Part shown: positions 1 to 10,444 of the stretch, one piece after another
How positions within the stretch are numbered: the first letter of the stretch is position 1
Layout: the number at the start of each line of letters is the position of its first letter
From: a bacterium
Lineage (GTDB): Bacteria; SAR324; NAC60-12
Assembly: GCA_965209155.1 (NCBI GenBank)
Contig: OZ242383.1
Coordinates: forward strand, 448,001-512,000
DNA: 64,000 nucleotides
Direction: 5' to 3'
Position numbers and translations under genes: made by a program
The notes under the pieces: model-generated
The model's database searches: none
The model's input: only the letters and a program-made list of their open reading frames with translations
Told to the model about the DNA's origin: nothing

Positions 1-304
1 GATCTTGATGATAACCATGACGAACCACTCGCTGACGTCCATCCGAGAGTCGATAGGACTGATATTCCTTCATGAATATTTCCATCTCCAATTCCAACGC
101 TTCAGAAAGTATCTTCCTGGCTTTCACTCTCAAAAGTTCACTCAAATGATCTTCAATAATTTGCTCTGGCTTCTCCAGATCAATCACGTTATAGTTGCTC
201 ATCGGCGTATCCTTTCTTTGATGTAATTCTATTTATTTTAAATTCCCATCAATAGGATACGCCACCTTCAAATTTAGTCCATCCCCAACTTTCGACTATA
301 TCTC
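1..304 (-). mobile_element. IS256-family insertion sequence, left end; transposase N-terminus at 202..1 runs off the window
   Basis: Minus-strand translation from ATG at 202: MSNYNVIDLEKPEQIIEDHLSELLRVKARKILSEALELEMEIFMKEYQSYRLSDGRQRVVRHGYHQD, matching the IS256 N-terminal pattern (ELLR..AR.....A.E.E...RVVRHGY). SD-like AAAGGA upstream; putative terminal IR GAGATATAGTCGAAAGTTGGGGAT at about 304-281. Not in the ORF track. Confidence 0.75.
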
Positions 305-314
305 GCAATAACGC

Positions 315-517
315 GATCCTTCGCTTTGCTGCTCGGCGAACCGTCAGGATGACATGAAAGTCTGAAATTAACCCGTTTAGGGAGAGATCCTTGAATTACC
401 CCTCAGGTCATTTCAGCAAATGGAAATGCCTCGAGCAAATTGAAAGCTCATGGTTCAGTGCCCCATCCTGGAGCCAATGAATCGTTTTTTTGATCACGCC
501 AAAATGAAGGAGACCCA
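315..517 (+). repeat. Module 1 leader (partial copy of the shared SBP leader; promoter/VNTR block missing)
   Basis: Shares CAGGATGACATGAAAGTCTGAAATTAACCCGT, AGGGAGAGATCCTTGA, the CCTGGAGCCAATGAATCG-T7 hairpin and AAGGAGACCCAATG with the other leaders. Confidence 0.85.
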
Positions 518-2659
518 ATGTGTAGAGAAATCCTCGACAACGTGCTTTCGGGAACAAAAGCAGGTTTTAAAGCAATCCTTAATTTTGAACATGCAATCGA
601 AAGGAAAAAGATGGATCATCAAAAAAACAACTTAACATTGAGCGCAACTCTTATGTCTTTAAAGAAAATTTTCACTCCCCTCGTGGGGCTGACCGTGGCA
701 GACGTCGTGTCTGCTGCGAAAACCCGATTCGCCCCATGGGTGAATCGTTCTCAAAACCCTCAATTGAAAGAGGATACTATGGGTATGATAAAGAAACTTG
801 TTGCCTCCATCGCGAGGCTGAACCCGGCAGGCTCTTGGTCTGCTGTACAAAAACTTGTCCCCGTAAACTTGTCCCTGCGAAAGCAGGGAGCGGGGATGCA
901 ATCATTATTGCTCACCTTAACCCTGGTGGTGACTGCCTTTTGGGTCAACCAGGCTGCCATGGCGGCTGAGAAAAAGATGGTCACAGATCCCACCACCGGG
1001 GAGATGGTAACCGCTCCGGAGTATGGCGGGACATTGACCTATGTTCGCAAGCAGGTTGGTGAGCATACGGACGTCTATTTCATTGGTGGCTGGGCGTCCC
1101 ACTTCATCAGTGGCGTGCTCGAGAAGCTCAGCATCGCGGACTGGGGAATCGATCGGGACGTGGTGGACTGGAAAACCACCTACATCCCTCTCAGTGGCTT
1201 AAAAGGGGCGCTGGCGGAAAGCTGGTCACAACCCGACCCGCTGACCTATGTCTTCAAAATCCGCCAGGGCGTTCACTGGCATGATAAGGCCCCCATGAAT
1301 GGCAGAGCATTTACGGCTAAGGACGTCGAATATAACTTTCACCGCGCGATGGGTCTGGGCAGCGGCTACACTGAACATAGCACCATGTTTGGACCACTGC
1401 ACACGTATCAGTGGGATTCGGTCACGGCCACCGACGATTCGACGGTTGTGATGAAGCTGAAGGAGCCGCAGCCCCTGGCGCTGTACTTTATTGTCGACCA
1501 CTTCAATGTTTTTATGTACCCCCCCGAGGTATTCGAGCAATACGGCGACGTTAAGGATTGGAGGAACCTGGTCGGCACCGGGCCCTTTATGCTGACTGAC
1601 TTCGTCGAGGACAGCTCTATCACCTGGGACAAGAACCCCAACTACTGGGGTTTTGACGAAAAATACCCGGAGAACCGCCTGCCCTATATTGACCAGTTGC
1701 GGGGCGCGGTTATGCCGGAACCAGCCGTATTCGTGGCGGCCCTACGCTCGGCTAAGGTTGATTACGCAGGGACTCCCGGCGACTCTCAACTCAGGTCTAT
1801 CGACCAGGTAGAGAGCCTCAAGAAGACCAACCCCGAACTCGTGATTCACCCGTATTGGTATCGCTCGGATAATGCTTTCACTTTTAACGTGGTGGATAAG
1901 CCGCCCTTTGACGACGTCAAGGTGCGCCGGGCCATGCAGATGGCACTGGACCTCGAGACCATTAACCGTACCTTCTTCAAGGGTTATGGAAACTGGGAAC
2001 CTGCCGGGCTGGTAGCGGCAGACATCAAAGGGTATACCACCCCATTTGCAGAGTGGCCCGAGGAGGTCAGGAAAGGCTATACTTATGACCCGGAAGGGGC
2101 CGGGAAGCTGCTTGATGAGGCTGGGTTTCCGCTCGGCTCGGACGGCATTCGATTCAAAACCGTCCTGAACAGTACGTATCGGTACGACCTGAACTACCTG
2201 GAATTAGCCGCCGCATACTGGCGTGAGATTGGCATCGTAGCAGAGATTAATCTCATGGATTCACAAGCGGCCATCCCGATGAGAAACGATGGGACTTATG
2301 AAGGTTTCTGGGCTTGGTCAACGGGTGTCAGGTATATACCTGTCGAGAGAATGCGCATGTATTACTCGAAAGCTCCACGCAACTGGCGGGGCATCGTTGC
2401 CCCGGAATATGACGCCTTGTTTGAAACCGCCCTGGCCACTGCCGACGTTGAGGAGCAGCAGAGGATGGTTAGGGAGTTGGATATGTACGGGATAGAGAGG
2501 CACTGGGTAATTTGGGGTCCCGAAACCCCACAGTTTAACGTGCACCAGCCGTGGGTCAAAGGTTATAACGGTGAAATCTCGTTGGGAGTCGGTCAATTTA
2601 ATACCCCCTTCACCCGCCTCTGGATTGACCAGGACCTGAAGAAAGAAATGGGGCATTAG
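518..2659 (+). CDS. ABC transporter substrate-binding protein, family 5 (OppA/DppA-like), module 1; true start may be 611, 779 or 896
   Basis: LAESWSQPDPLTYVFKIRQGVHWHD, VGTGPF, PFDDVKVRRAMQMALD and YDPEGA motifs; signal peptide ending AAMA. Confidence 0.92.
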   Translation: MCREILDNVLSGTKAGFKAILNFEHAIERKKMDHQKNNLTLSATLMSLKKIFTPLVGLTVADVVSAAKTRFAPWVNRSQNPQLKEDTMGMIKKLVASIARLNPAGSWSAVQKLVPVNLSLRKQGAGMQSLLLTLTLVVTAFWVNQAAMAAEKKMVTDPTTGEMVTAPEYGGTLTYVRKQVGEHTDVYFIGGWASHFISGVLEKLSIADWGIDRDVVDWKTTYIPLSGLKGALAESWSQPDPLTYVFKIRQGVHWHDKAPMNGRAFTAKDVEYNFHRAMGLGSGYTEHSTMFGPLHTYQWDSVTATDDSTVVMKLKEPQPLALYFIVDHFNVFMYPPEVFEQYGDVKDWRNLVGTGPFMLTDFVEDSSITWDKNPNYWGFDEKYPENRLPYIDQLRGAVMPEPAVFVAALRSAKVDYAGTPGDSQLRSIDQVESLKKTNPELVIHPYWYRSDNAFTFNVVDKPPFDDVKVRRAMQMALDLETINRTFFKGYGNWEPAGLVAADIKGYTTPFAEWPEEVRKGYTYDPEGAGKLLDEAGFPLGSDGIRFKTVLNSTYRYDLNYLELAAAYWREIGIVAEINLMDSQAAIPMRNDGTYEGFWAWSTGVRYIPVERMRMYYSKAPRNWRGIVAPEYDALFETALATADVEEQQRMVRELDMYGIERHWVIWGPETPQFNVHQPWVKGYNGEISLGVGQFNTPFTRLWIDQDLKKEMGH

Positions 2660-2763
2660 AAGCCATGTTAAAACCTTGATTCCCTCCCCTGGCGGGAGGC
2701 AGAGAAACAGTTTGGCCACAGGCGTGGCCAGTAAAAACTGCTGAACGCGGGAGGGGGTTTCCC

Positions 2764-3770
2764 ATGAGAGCCTGTATCATCAGGAGGGTATTGCTCCTTA
2801 TCCCCACCCTGTTCATCCTGACTATCTTGGTCTTTCTCTCGGTGCGCTTCATACCGGGCGACGTCGTGGATTTAATAGTGGGTAGGATGGAATGGTATGG
2901 CACTGGTGGCGAGGAGATTGACCGTGAAGCGGTTGAGCGTATGCTGGGATTGGACGTGCCTGTCTACGTCCAGTATGGACGCTGGATCGGAAATATTCTC
3001 CGTCACGGCAGCATTGGCGAATCCCTGCTGGGCGGTTATGCGATCGAGGAGAAGCTATTAGATAGATTGCCGGTCACCATTGAGCTTGGCGTCCTGGCCA
3101 TCGTCATCTCGCTCTTGATAGCCCTGCCTGTCGGTATCTACTCGGCGATACGCCAGGATACGCTCGCCGATTACGCGGGGCGCACCCTGGCCATCATCGG
3201 CCTGACCACGCCTAACTTCTGGCTGGCCCTGATGGTCATTATCTTCCCGGCCATCTGGTGGGGCTGGTCGCCCCATTGGAGTGGGTTCCTTTCAGCGAAG
3301 ACCCGCTGGGGAATCTCGGCATGCTCCTCATTCCCAGCCTGATTCTGGGGACGACTGCTTCTTGCGAGACCATGCGGCTGATGCGCACCATGATGCTGGA
3401 AGTGCTGCGGCAGGACTACATCCGCACCGCCTGGTCCAAGGGGCTCCGGGAGCGGGTGGTTGTCGTGCGGCACAGCATCAAAAATGCCCTCATCCCGATC
3501 GTGACGCGTTCAGCTGGGCTTAATGGCCGCGCTGCGGCCTTCCAGCTTCTCTGCGGCCTGCAGTTGCCTATCCTGGACGGGGGCGCGGTGATCATGGAGA
3601 ACATCTTCAACCTGCCGGGGCTCGGGCGTCTCATGGTGTTTGCCCTCGAAGACCGGGACTACCCGGTAGTCTCCGACGTCAACCTGTTCTTTGCCACCGG
3701 GGTGGTGGGGTTCAATCTCCTCATCGACCTGCTCTATTCCTATCTGGACCCGAGGGTCCGGTATGAATGA
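2764..3770 (+). pseudogene. DppB-like permease, frameshifted at about 3271-3275, with a 42-nt insertion at 3507-3548
   Basis: ORFs 2764..3342 and 3258..3770 together align with the intact copies; EAA-like motif DYIRTAWSKGL. Confidence 0.88.
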
Positions 3771-3958
3771 GAAACCCTCCCCCATACATGAGCCTCGGAT
3801 TGATGCTGTTCAGTGCCTTTTCAATTCCTATCGCGTTCAAAAAAGCTTCGTAAACGTCACGCTTTTCCACTCCAGAGAGTGCTCTTGGGTGACACAAACC
3901 ACGTGAAAATAATGTTCACTCATAAACCCTCTTTAGCAAATATTTGACTTCCAAAAAG

Positions 3959-4298
3959 TTAACCAAGAATCGTGTTGATGAGTTTTTTCAATGATTTTTG
4001 ATCAACACCTGAAAGCTTTCCTAATTTTTTAAGAATCAAGGATTGATCTAAAGTTGTTACGACGGATTTAATAATAGAGGGATTGAGCAAACCGGCATTT
4101 TGCCAGTTTTGAATTTCATACTCGATGCTTGAATGGGCAAGATGCAGTTGGCTGGTTATAGCCATGATAATCAGATCTTGTTTGCGTTGATGGTAACTAT
4201 TGGAACTGATGATAACGGCAGGACGTTTTTTTACTACTGGTTTGATCAGTAAAAGGAAAAGGGACTAAAACAATATCTCCAAAACTATAACTGATCAT
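3959..4298 (-). pseudogene. PemK/MazF-like toxin with a +1 frameshift in an A7 run
   Basis: MISYSFGDIVLVPFPFTDQTSSKK/RPAVIISS...IIMAITSQ; the A7 run at about 4226-4232 breaks the KKRP motif. Confidence 0.8.
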
Positions 4299-4521
4299 AA
4301 ACTGCATCTTCCGGATTGTCCCATATCTCCTCAAAAGCCATTTCAGAGGTCTTCATGGCATTGAAAACCAAACCTCGCTCTTCTTCCCGTTGAGTCAGAA
4401 AATCAATAAAATCTTCGACTTCCCGGATTCTCTCAGGAGATAAGGATTGTAATTTTTTGAAGACGTCAGATGCTTGGAGAGGGAGCAGTTGTTTTTCCAT
4501 AGATTCCTCAATTTCGTGCAA
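4285..4521 (-). CDS. DUF2281-like putative antitoxin
   Basis: LSPERIREVEDFIDFL...WDNPEDAVYDQL; overlaps the toxin start. Confidence 0.7.
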   Translation of the reverse strand: MHEIEESMEKQLLPLQASDVFKKLQSLSPERIREVEDFIDFLTQREEERGLVFNAMKTSEMAFEEIWDNPEDAVYDQL

Positions 4522-4715
4522 AGACTTTGAGTGTTTCCCTAATGGAATTGTCCCTATTGTGGGTTCTTTTCATATAGCCTCAGCTAATTTAGCAGAATTG
4601 TCAATAGAAAGAAACCGAACCTTTTGATTTTGGAGAAAAGAAATAGACCGCTGTCTTCTGCCTTCTCCCTCAACAAAATGATTCGTTCTTCGCAATCCAA
4701 CGAATTTTATATCCT

Positions 4716-5139
4716 TTAAGAGAATGACTATTTTCTGGCCGCCCGGGCCGCGGGCACTCCCATGAGCCAAATCCTCTTACGCCATCTCCTGCCCAATATT
4801 ATGGCACCCGTCATCATTGTCTTCTCGATCAACATCGGCGGGGTGATTATCTCTGAGGCCTCGCTGAGCTTTCTCGGATTCGGGCTACCAGCGGACGTTC
4901 CCAGCTGGGGAAGTCTGCTCAGCCGTGAAGGTCGCAGGTACATGAAAATGGCGCCATGGCTGGCGCTCTGGCCTGGTCTTGCCCTGACGATTACCGTCTA
5001 CTCCCTCAACATGTTTGGTGACGCCCTCAGGGACTTGTTCGACCCCAGGCTGAAGGGCGGTCAGGGAAGTTATGGCACCACGAGGATGAAACGTAAACGA
5101 GGCTTCCTCTCCAAGCTGATCTCCCCTTTCAACTGGTAA
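4716..5139 (+). pseudogene. DppC-like permease, 3' fragment only
   Basis: Similarity to intact dppC copies begins abruptly at KENDYFLAARA; the 5' half is absent. Confidence 0.85.
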
Positions 5140-5255
5140 ATGCGCAAAACGAGAATCCTTTGCGTCCTATCTAATATTCTACTGCAGGCAATGTCGAGGA
5201 GTTCGTCCTTCATCGTTCGCAATTTTTTCCAATCATGTTCAGGAAAACTTCTCAT
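5140..5255 (-). pseudogene. Truncated small hypothetical gene
   Basis: MRSFPEHDWKKLRTMKDELLDIACSRILDR runs into the dppC end; AT-rich composition. Confidence 0.4.
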
Positions 5256-5433
5256 GAAATATTTCTTTTTTAAATTCTGATACGTTCACACCTGGTATAA
5301 CCAGCCACACTTTTTTAGCGAGGTCTGCATTCATGCGTACGGCTCAATGAGCCCTGGGCGGCAATGGTTTCTGAAGAAGGTAGGAGAACAGATTATGATT
5401 TCAATTTTCTTATCCACATTTCTGGATGGAAAA

Positions 5434-5843
5434 CTAACTTTTTAAAAGGATAGTACATCCAGCCTGTTCAAAATGATGATCAGTCGTGAAAATTTCTGTG
5501 ATACGATGATCTTCCGCTACTACCATTCCGATACAATCGACCAAGCTCCAATTTTTATCCAATCTCTTTTGGAACCTTTCATTTCCTCGGACTATCAAGT
5601 CATCAACTGGAATACAATTCCAGCGTTTTGAATTTGTGATCAAATTGAACAATCGAATCGCTATCGGTTTATGCTGAACTTGACTGAAAGTGTTGAATAA
5701 TTCTAAAACGACAGCATTTGTTGTGAGGAAATGAAACTTTTTTGTAAGTATTCTTTTTGGACGGCGATGGCTTGTTGATGAAAGGTATCATTCTTGTTCC
5801 CAAGGGCAATTAAGGCAGAAGTATCAACAAATATAGAGTTCAT
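5434..5843 (-). pseudogene. VapC/PIN toxin, frameshifted
   Basis: N-terminus MNSIFVDTSALIALGNKNDTFH and C-terminus SLVDCIGM...IFTTDHHFEQAG lie in different frames. Confidence 0.85.
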
Positions 5844-6112
5844 GAGTGTTTAGGGGTTCCGTAAAGATAATGGTCATGATTCTCTGCAAGGTCTTCAATT
5901 CCGGTTTCAACCGCATATTGATCAATGTTTTCTAAGAATTCTACCCAGGGATCTTCTTCTATTTTTTCTTTTTCCTGATTCGCTTCTGCTTCTTTTTTGA
6001 GATTGGCTTCTATTTCTTTGATTTTCTGCTGCAACTCTTCTTGTGGGAAGTTATCAGGGAAATTAATTGAAATTTGCATAGGACCATTCTCCTTTCGAAG
6101 GTTTATACTCAA
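5840..6112 (-). CDS. Putative antitoxin of the PIN toxin (likely start 6079)
   Basis: C-terminal ETGIEDLAENHDHYLYG typical of VapB-like partners; ATGA overlap with the toxin. Confidence 0.7.
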   Translation of the reverse strand: MSINLRKENGPMQISINFPDNFPQEELQQKIKEIEANLKKEAEANQEKEKIEEDPWVEFLENIDQYAVETGIEDLAENHDHYLYGTPKHS

Positions 6113-7109
6113 TACAGATTGACAGTTAGGTCTCTTCTAACCTTGAATTTCAATGTATCAAACATAATGATGAGAATCAAATTTAATCCCAATGGCTGTC
6201 AATTCTTAGCGAAAGGAGAGCAAATTGACGCGCTTGCTCCCATTAATCCTGCAGTTTCTTCTCCTGGCCCGTCATGCTCGAAAGCGAGAATTTTAAGGTC
6301 TCGCCGTTTTCGCCAGTCGGTTTGAAGCATTTCGATTTGATCGAATCTCTTTTCATCCGGCGGCCGTTTTTCCCAAAACCGACCCCTGGACTCAAACAGG
6401 TCGCCGCCTTCATCAGGGCATCTTTTTTTACAAGAGAAGCGAGGATCAAGTCCAAGATGAGACAAGCACTCGCCACTGAGGATTCAAGGTGAGCAAAAAG
6501 AATCGATTGACCTCCTCTGAATATTGTTATATAGAGAAGATACTGAAGGGGATAATGAAACCTACCAGGATATTGCCATCATCGTTCTTTTGTGATCGTT
6601 TTCAACGAAATCGCCTTGAGCTGAAGATTTTTAAGAATTTCGACTTGTTTTTCGTTTTCTTATTTGATAGATTTCAAGAAATCGCCTTGGGCTGAAAGTT
6701 TTATTTCTATTTCGCTCCTATTGATTGAGCCGAAAGTCAGGAAAAAACCTCATCTCCTCCCCAGAGGATTTTTAGAAACGTTCAACGGGGAATGAAAAAG
6801 TGCTAAAAATGTTGACTTCCATATCCAAATATGAAAAATTATTTTCGTTGATCATCAGAAGACATTCATGAATGATTCGCCCTGTTCAAAAAAACCTTGA
6901 TACATTTGCAGAGCGATTATACTATTTCCAGGTATGAGAAAAATTTGCTTTAAATGACTAAATCGGATCCGTCTTAAAAAATATGTTGATTTTTTTCTGG
7001 ATATAAATATTTTCCTTAAAGAGTCGCTGTCGCGAAATGGCTTTTCGCTGTCAGCTATCAATCAGGATGACATGAAAGTCTGAAATTAACCCGTCAAATA
7101 TAAAATAGC

Positions 7110-7138
7110 TTGACAAAAGGTTAATATGAGAGTATCAT
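7110..7138 (+). promoter_or_regulatory. sigma70-type promoter, module 2
   Basis: TTGACA-17 nt-TATCAT, conserved in five leaders. Confidence 0.8.
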
Positions 7139-7306
7139 TCAATCACCCGGCACCCCAAGTTCTAAGTTCCCATCTTCTAAATCCCAAGTCCCCAGTTCAT
7201 TGGGTTGTCCCCCCTTATCTTATCTCGACTTCAGGGAGAGATCCTTGAAGTTGTACCTCAGTTCATTTCAGCACATGGAAATTCCTCCAGAGAATGGAAA
7301 GGTCAT

Positions 7307-7344
7307 GGTTCATGGCCCCTCCTGGAGCCAATGAATCGTTTTTT
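7307..7344 (+). terminator. Leader hairpin with T-tract (possible attenuator), module 2
   Basis: GGTTCATGGCCCCTCCTGGAGCCAATGAATCG-T6; present in all seven leaders. Confidence 0.5.
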
Positions 7345-7402
7345 GATAGGGTAATATTCATGGTGAATATTGCTTTTTTAACTTTTTATATCAGAGGTCA
7401 AA

Positions 7403-9295
7403 ATGAAAGTAATAATCAGAAGCATCGTCGAGAACGGGCTTTCGGAAACGAAAGCAGGTTTTAAAGCAATTCTAAATCTTGTTTTTAATCAAAAAGCAGA
7501 AAGGAAAAAGATGGAAAATCAAAAAAGCAAATCAACCTTCAGTGCCATCCTGCTCTCCCTCACACTGATGGTGGCCGCCCTCGGGGTCAGTTCGGCAGCC
7601 ATGGCTGCCGAGAAAATGATGGTCAAAGATCCGACCACTGGTAAAATGGTGAGTGCACCTGAGTATGGCGGGACAATCACCTTCAACGGGTTTGGGATTG
7701 CTACTGATTGGCCTCCTGACCCCTATTTAAACTGGGGCGTCATCACCGTCTCGGGCGTTGTGGAGAAGCTGGGCATCGGGAACTGGGGAATAGATAGGGA
7801 CGTATTTGACTTCAAAAGTCACTTCATCCCTGAAGAATTCATAATAGGGGCGCTGGCGGAAAGCTGGGAGCAACCTGACCCGCTGACTTATGTCTTCAAA
7901 ATCCGCCAGGGCGTTCACTGGCACGACAAGGCGCCAATGAATGGGAGAGCCTTGACGGCCAAGGATATCGCATACAACTTCAACCGGGTGTTGGGTCTGG
8001 GCAAGTTCACCGAGGCCGGACCGACCGTAATGGCTTACGCAGGCAAAACCGTCCCATGGGAATCGATAACGGCCACCGACGATGCGACGGTCGTGATGAA
8101 GCTGAAGGAGCCATACCTCCCTGCGCTGTGGTTTATGACCGTCGGGCACATTGGTTTCATAATGCCCCCCGAGGTAATCGAGCAACACGGCGACGTTAAG
8201 GACTGGAGGAACCTGGTCGGCACCGGACCCTTTATGATGACTGACCGAGTCGAGGGCGCCTCTGTCACCTGGACCAAAAATCCTGACTACTGGGGCTTCG
8301 ACCCAAAATACCCGCAGAACCGCTTGCCCTACGTTGACGAGTTAAAGCTTTTGGCCATTCCAGAGTTAACAACAAGTTTGGCAGCACTACGCTCAGGTAA
8401 GCTTGATTACCATCGGCAGGTGACTGATTTGGACGCGGTACTGAGCGTACAGCGGACCAACCCCGAAATCGAGGCGCACTTTTTCTATTTTCGGTCGAAT
8501 GATTCTTTTAGCCTTGACGTGCGCAAGCCGCCCTTTGACGACATCAACGTGCGCCACGCAATGCAGATGGCACTCGACAACGAGACTTCGGCGGCTACGC
8601 TCTGGTCGGGTCGAGCAGATCCGACACCTTTCGGGTTGATAGGGGTGAAAGGGTATTACATCCCATTTGATGAGTGGCCCGCCGAGGTCAAGCAATGGTA
8701 CAGGTATGACCCGGAAGCTGCCGAGAAGCTCCTTGATGAGGCGGGATATCCGCGCGGTGCAGACGGCATTAGATTCAAGACCACCCTGAATTACCCGTCA
8801 GGTGCTGGAAGCTTAGACTTTGCAGAAATAGCTGCCGCCTACTGGGCTGAGATTGGCGTCGAGGTCGAGATTGATGTTCTGGCCGAAGCCGAATACAACG
8901 AGAGGATCACTTCGGGTACTTTTGAAGGCATCAACAGTGACATTACGGCCTCCAAGTTTGACCCTAAGGATATGGCACTCTGGCTTCGTTCGGATCATCC
9001 GACCTTTAACAGGAGCGGACACCAGTGGCATGAGCTTAATGCCATGGTTGACGCCGCCCTGGCCGCTCCGACCCTTGAGGAGCAGAAGAGGCTGATTGCA
9101 GAGGTAGATATGTACGCGATAGAGAAGCACATGCGTATATTTGGTCCTAGAGGTCCACAATTCTATTTTGCCCAGCCGTGGCTCATAGGCTATAACGGTG
9201 AAATGGACTCAGGCGCCCTTGGGGGCGGGGAGTTCTATGTCCTGTACGCCCGCTTCTGGATTGATAGTGCGCTGAAGAAAGAAATGGGACATTAG
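7403..9295 (+). CDS. Family 5 ABC substrate-binding protein, module 2 (probable start 7511)
   Basis: Same conserved SBP motifs; signal peptide MENQKSKSTFSAILLSLTLMVAALGVSSAAMA. Confidence 0.93.
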   Translation: MKVIIRSIVENGLSETKAGFKAILNLVFNQKAERKKMENQKSKSTFSAILLSLTLMVAALGVSSAAMAAEKMMVKDPTTGKMVSAPEYGGTITFNGFGIATDWPPDPYLNWGVITVSGVVEKLGIGNWGIDRDVFDFKSHFIPEEFIIGALAESWEQPDPLTYVFKIRQGVHWHDKAPMNGRALTAKDIAYNFNRVLGLGKFTEAGPTVMAYAGKTVPWESITATDDATVVMKLKEPYLPALWFMTVGHIGFIMPPEVIEQHGDVKDWRNLVGTGPFMMTDRVEGASVTWTKNPDYWGFDPKYPQNRLPYVDELKLLAIPELTTSLAALRSGKLDYHRQVTDLDAVLSVQRTNPEIEAHFFYFRSNDSFSLDVRKPPFDDINVRHAMQMALDNETSAATLWSGRADPTPFGLIGVKGYYIPFDEWPAEVKQWYRYDPEAAEKLLDEAGYPRGADGIRFKTTLNYPSGAGSLDFAEIAAAYWAEIGVEVEIDVLAEAEYNERITSGTFEGINSDITASKFDPKDMALWLRSDHPTFNRSGHQWHELNAMVDAALAAPTLEEQKRLIAEVDMYAIEKHMRIFGPRGPQFYFAQPWLIGYNGEMDSGALGGGEFYVLYARFWIDSALKKEMGH

Positions 9296-9305
9296 TGGGT
9301 TTCCC

Positions 9306-10304
9306 ATGAGAGCGTACATCATCCGGCGCTTATTGCTGATCATCCCCACCCTGTTTCTATTGAGCATCCTGGTCTTTCTCTCGGTGCGCTTCATCCCGGG
9401 CGATGTCATAGACGCAATGATGGGTAAACCGGAATTCGCGGCCAATAAGGTAGACCGTGCAGCTCTCGAGCGTATGCTGGGATTGGACGTGCCTGTGCAC
9501 GTGCAGTATGGACGCTGGCTAGGCGTGTTGCCGACCCCTGACTTTATTACCGGTGAGTCCTACTTTAGAGGTCTCCTCCAGGGCGCCCTTGGCGAGTCAC
9601 TGTTGGGCGCTTGGCCGGTAGAGGAGAAGATATTAGGTAGACTGCCGGTCACCATTGAGCTGGGTGTCATGGCAATCCTCATCGGGCTCTTGATCGCGCT
9701 GCCGGTCGGCATCTACTCGGCGATTCGCCAGGATACTGCCGCCGACTACGCTGGGCGCTCCTTCGCCATCCTCGGCCTGGCTACGCCCAACTTCTGGTTG
9801 GCTACCATGGCCGTGCTCTACCCCTCCCTCTGGTGGGCGTGGACGCCGCCGATGGAGTGGGTTCCTTTCAGCGAAGACCCGCTGGGAAATCTCGGGATGT
9901 TGATCATTCCCAGCGTGATTTTGGGAACGGCGATGGCGGCGGCCACCATGCGGATGATGCGCACCATGATGCTGGAGGTGCTCAGGCAAGACTATATCCG
10001 CACCGCCTGGTCCAAGGGGCTCCGGGAGCGGATCGTGATCATCCGGCATAGCATCAAAAATGCCCTCATCCCGGTGATCTCCCTGATTGGTCTGCAGTTG
10101 CCGATCCTGGTCGGGGGCGCCGTGATCATGGAGAACATCTTTAACCTGCCGGGGCTCGGACGTCTCATGGTGGATGCTCTCGAAGACCGGGACTACCCGG
10201 TGGTCTCCGGGGTCAACATGTTCTTTGCCACCGGGGTGGTGCTGCTCAATCTCCTCATCGACCTGATTTATCCCTATCTGGACCCCAGGGTGCGCTATGA
10301 ATAG
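9306..10304 (+). CDS. DppB/OppB-like ABC permease
   Basis: MRAYIIRRLL..., RLPVTIEL, DYIRTAWSKGL, NLPGLG, DPRVRY. Confidence 0.93.
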   Translation: MRAYIIRRLLLIIPTLFLLSILVFLSVRFIPGDVIDAMMGKPEFAANKVDRAALERMLGLDVPVHVQYGRWLGVLPTPDFITGESYFRGLLQGALGESLLGAWPVEEKILGRLPVTIELGVMAILIGLLIALPVGIYSAIRQDTAADYAGRSFAILGLATPNFWLATMAVLYPSLWWAWTPPMEWVPFSEDPLGNLGMLIIPSVILGTAMAAATMRMMRTMMLEVLRQDYIRTAWSKGLRERIVIIRHSIKNALIPVISLIGLQLPILVGGAVIMENIFNLPGLGRLMVDALEDRDYPVVSGVNMFFATGVVLLNLLIDLIYPYLDPRVRYE

Positions 10305-10355
10305 TCACTGGCGCGACAAAGGTATTAGGTGTTAGGTTTAACAGACCAGAAAACG

Positions 10356-10425
10356 GTAGGGCCGTGTGACGTCCCGGCCAAGGGGAGCGGTGCTTTTGTC
10401 AGGCCGGGACGTCACCCGGCCCTAC
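10356..10425. repeat. REP-like inverted doublet (GTAG...CTAC)
   Basis: GTAGGGCCGTGTGACGTCCCGGCC...GGCCGGGACGTCACCCGGCCCTAC; copies at 17179 and 19839. Confidence 0.8.
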
Positions 10426-10444
10426 CGATCGAGAAATCGGGATC

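Larger units (their letters stand above)
6432..7402 (+). repeat. Module 2 leader (about 1 kb shared non-coding repeat)
   Basis: Near-identical to 12963-13836, 25290-26470, 30640-31462 and 44466-45790. Confidence 0.95.
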
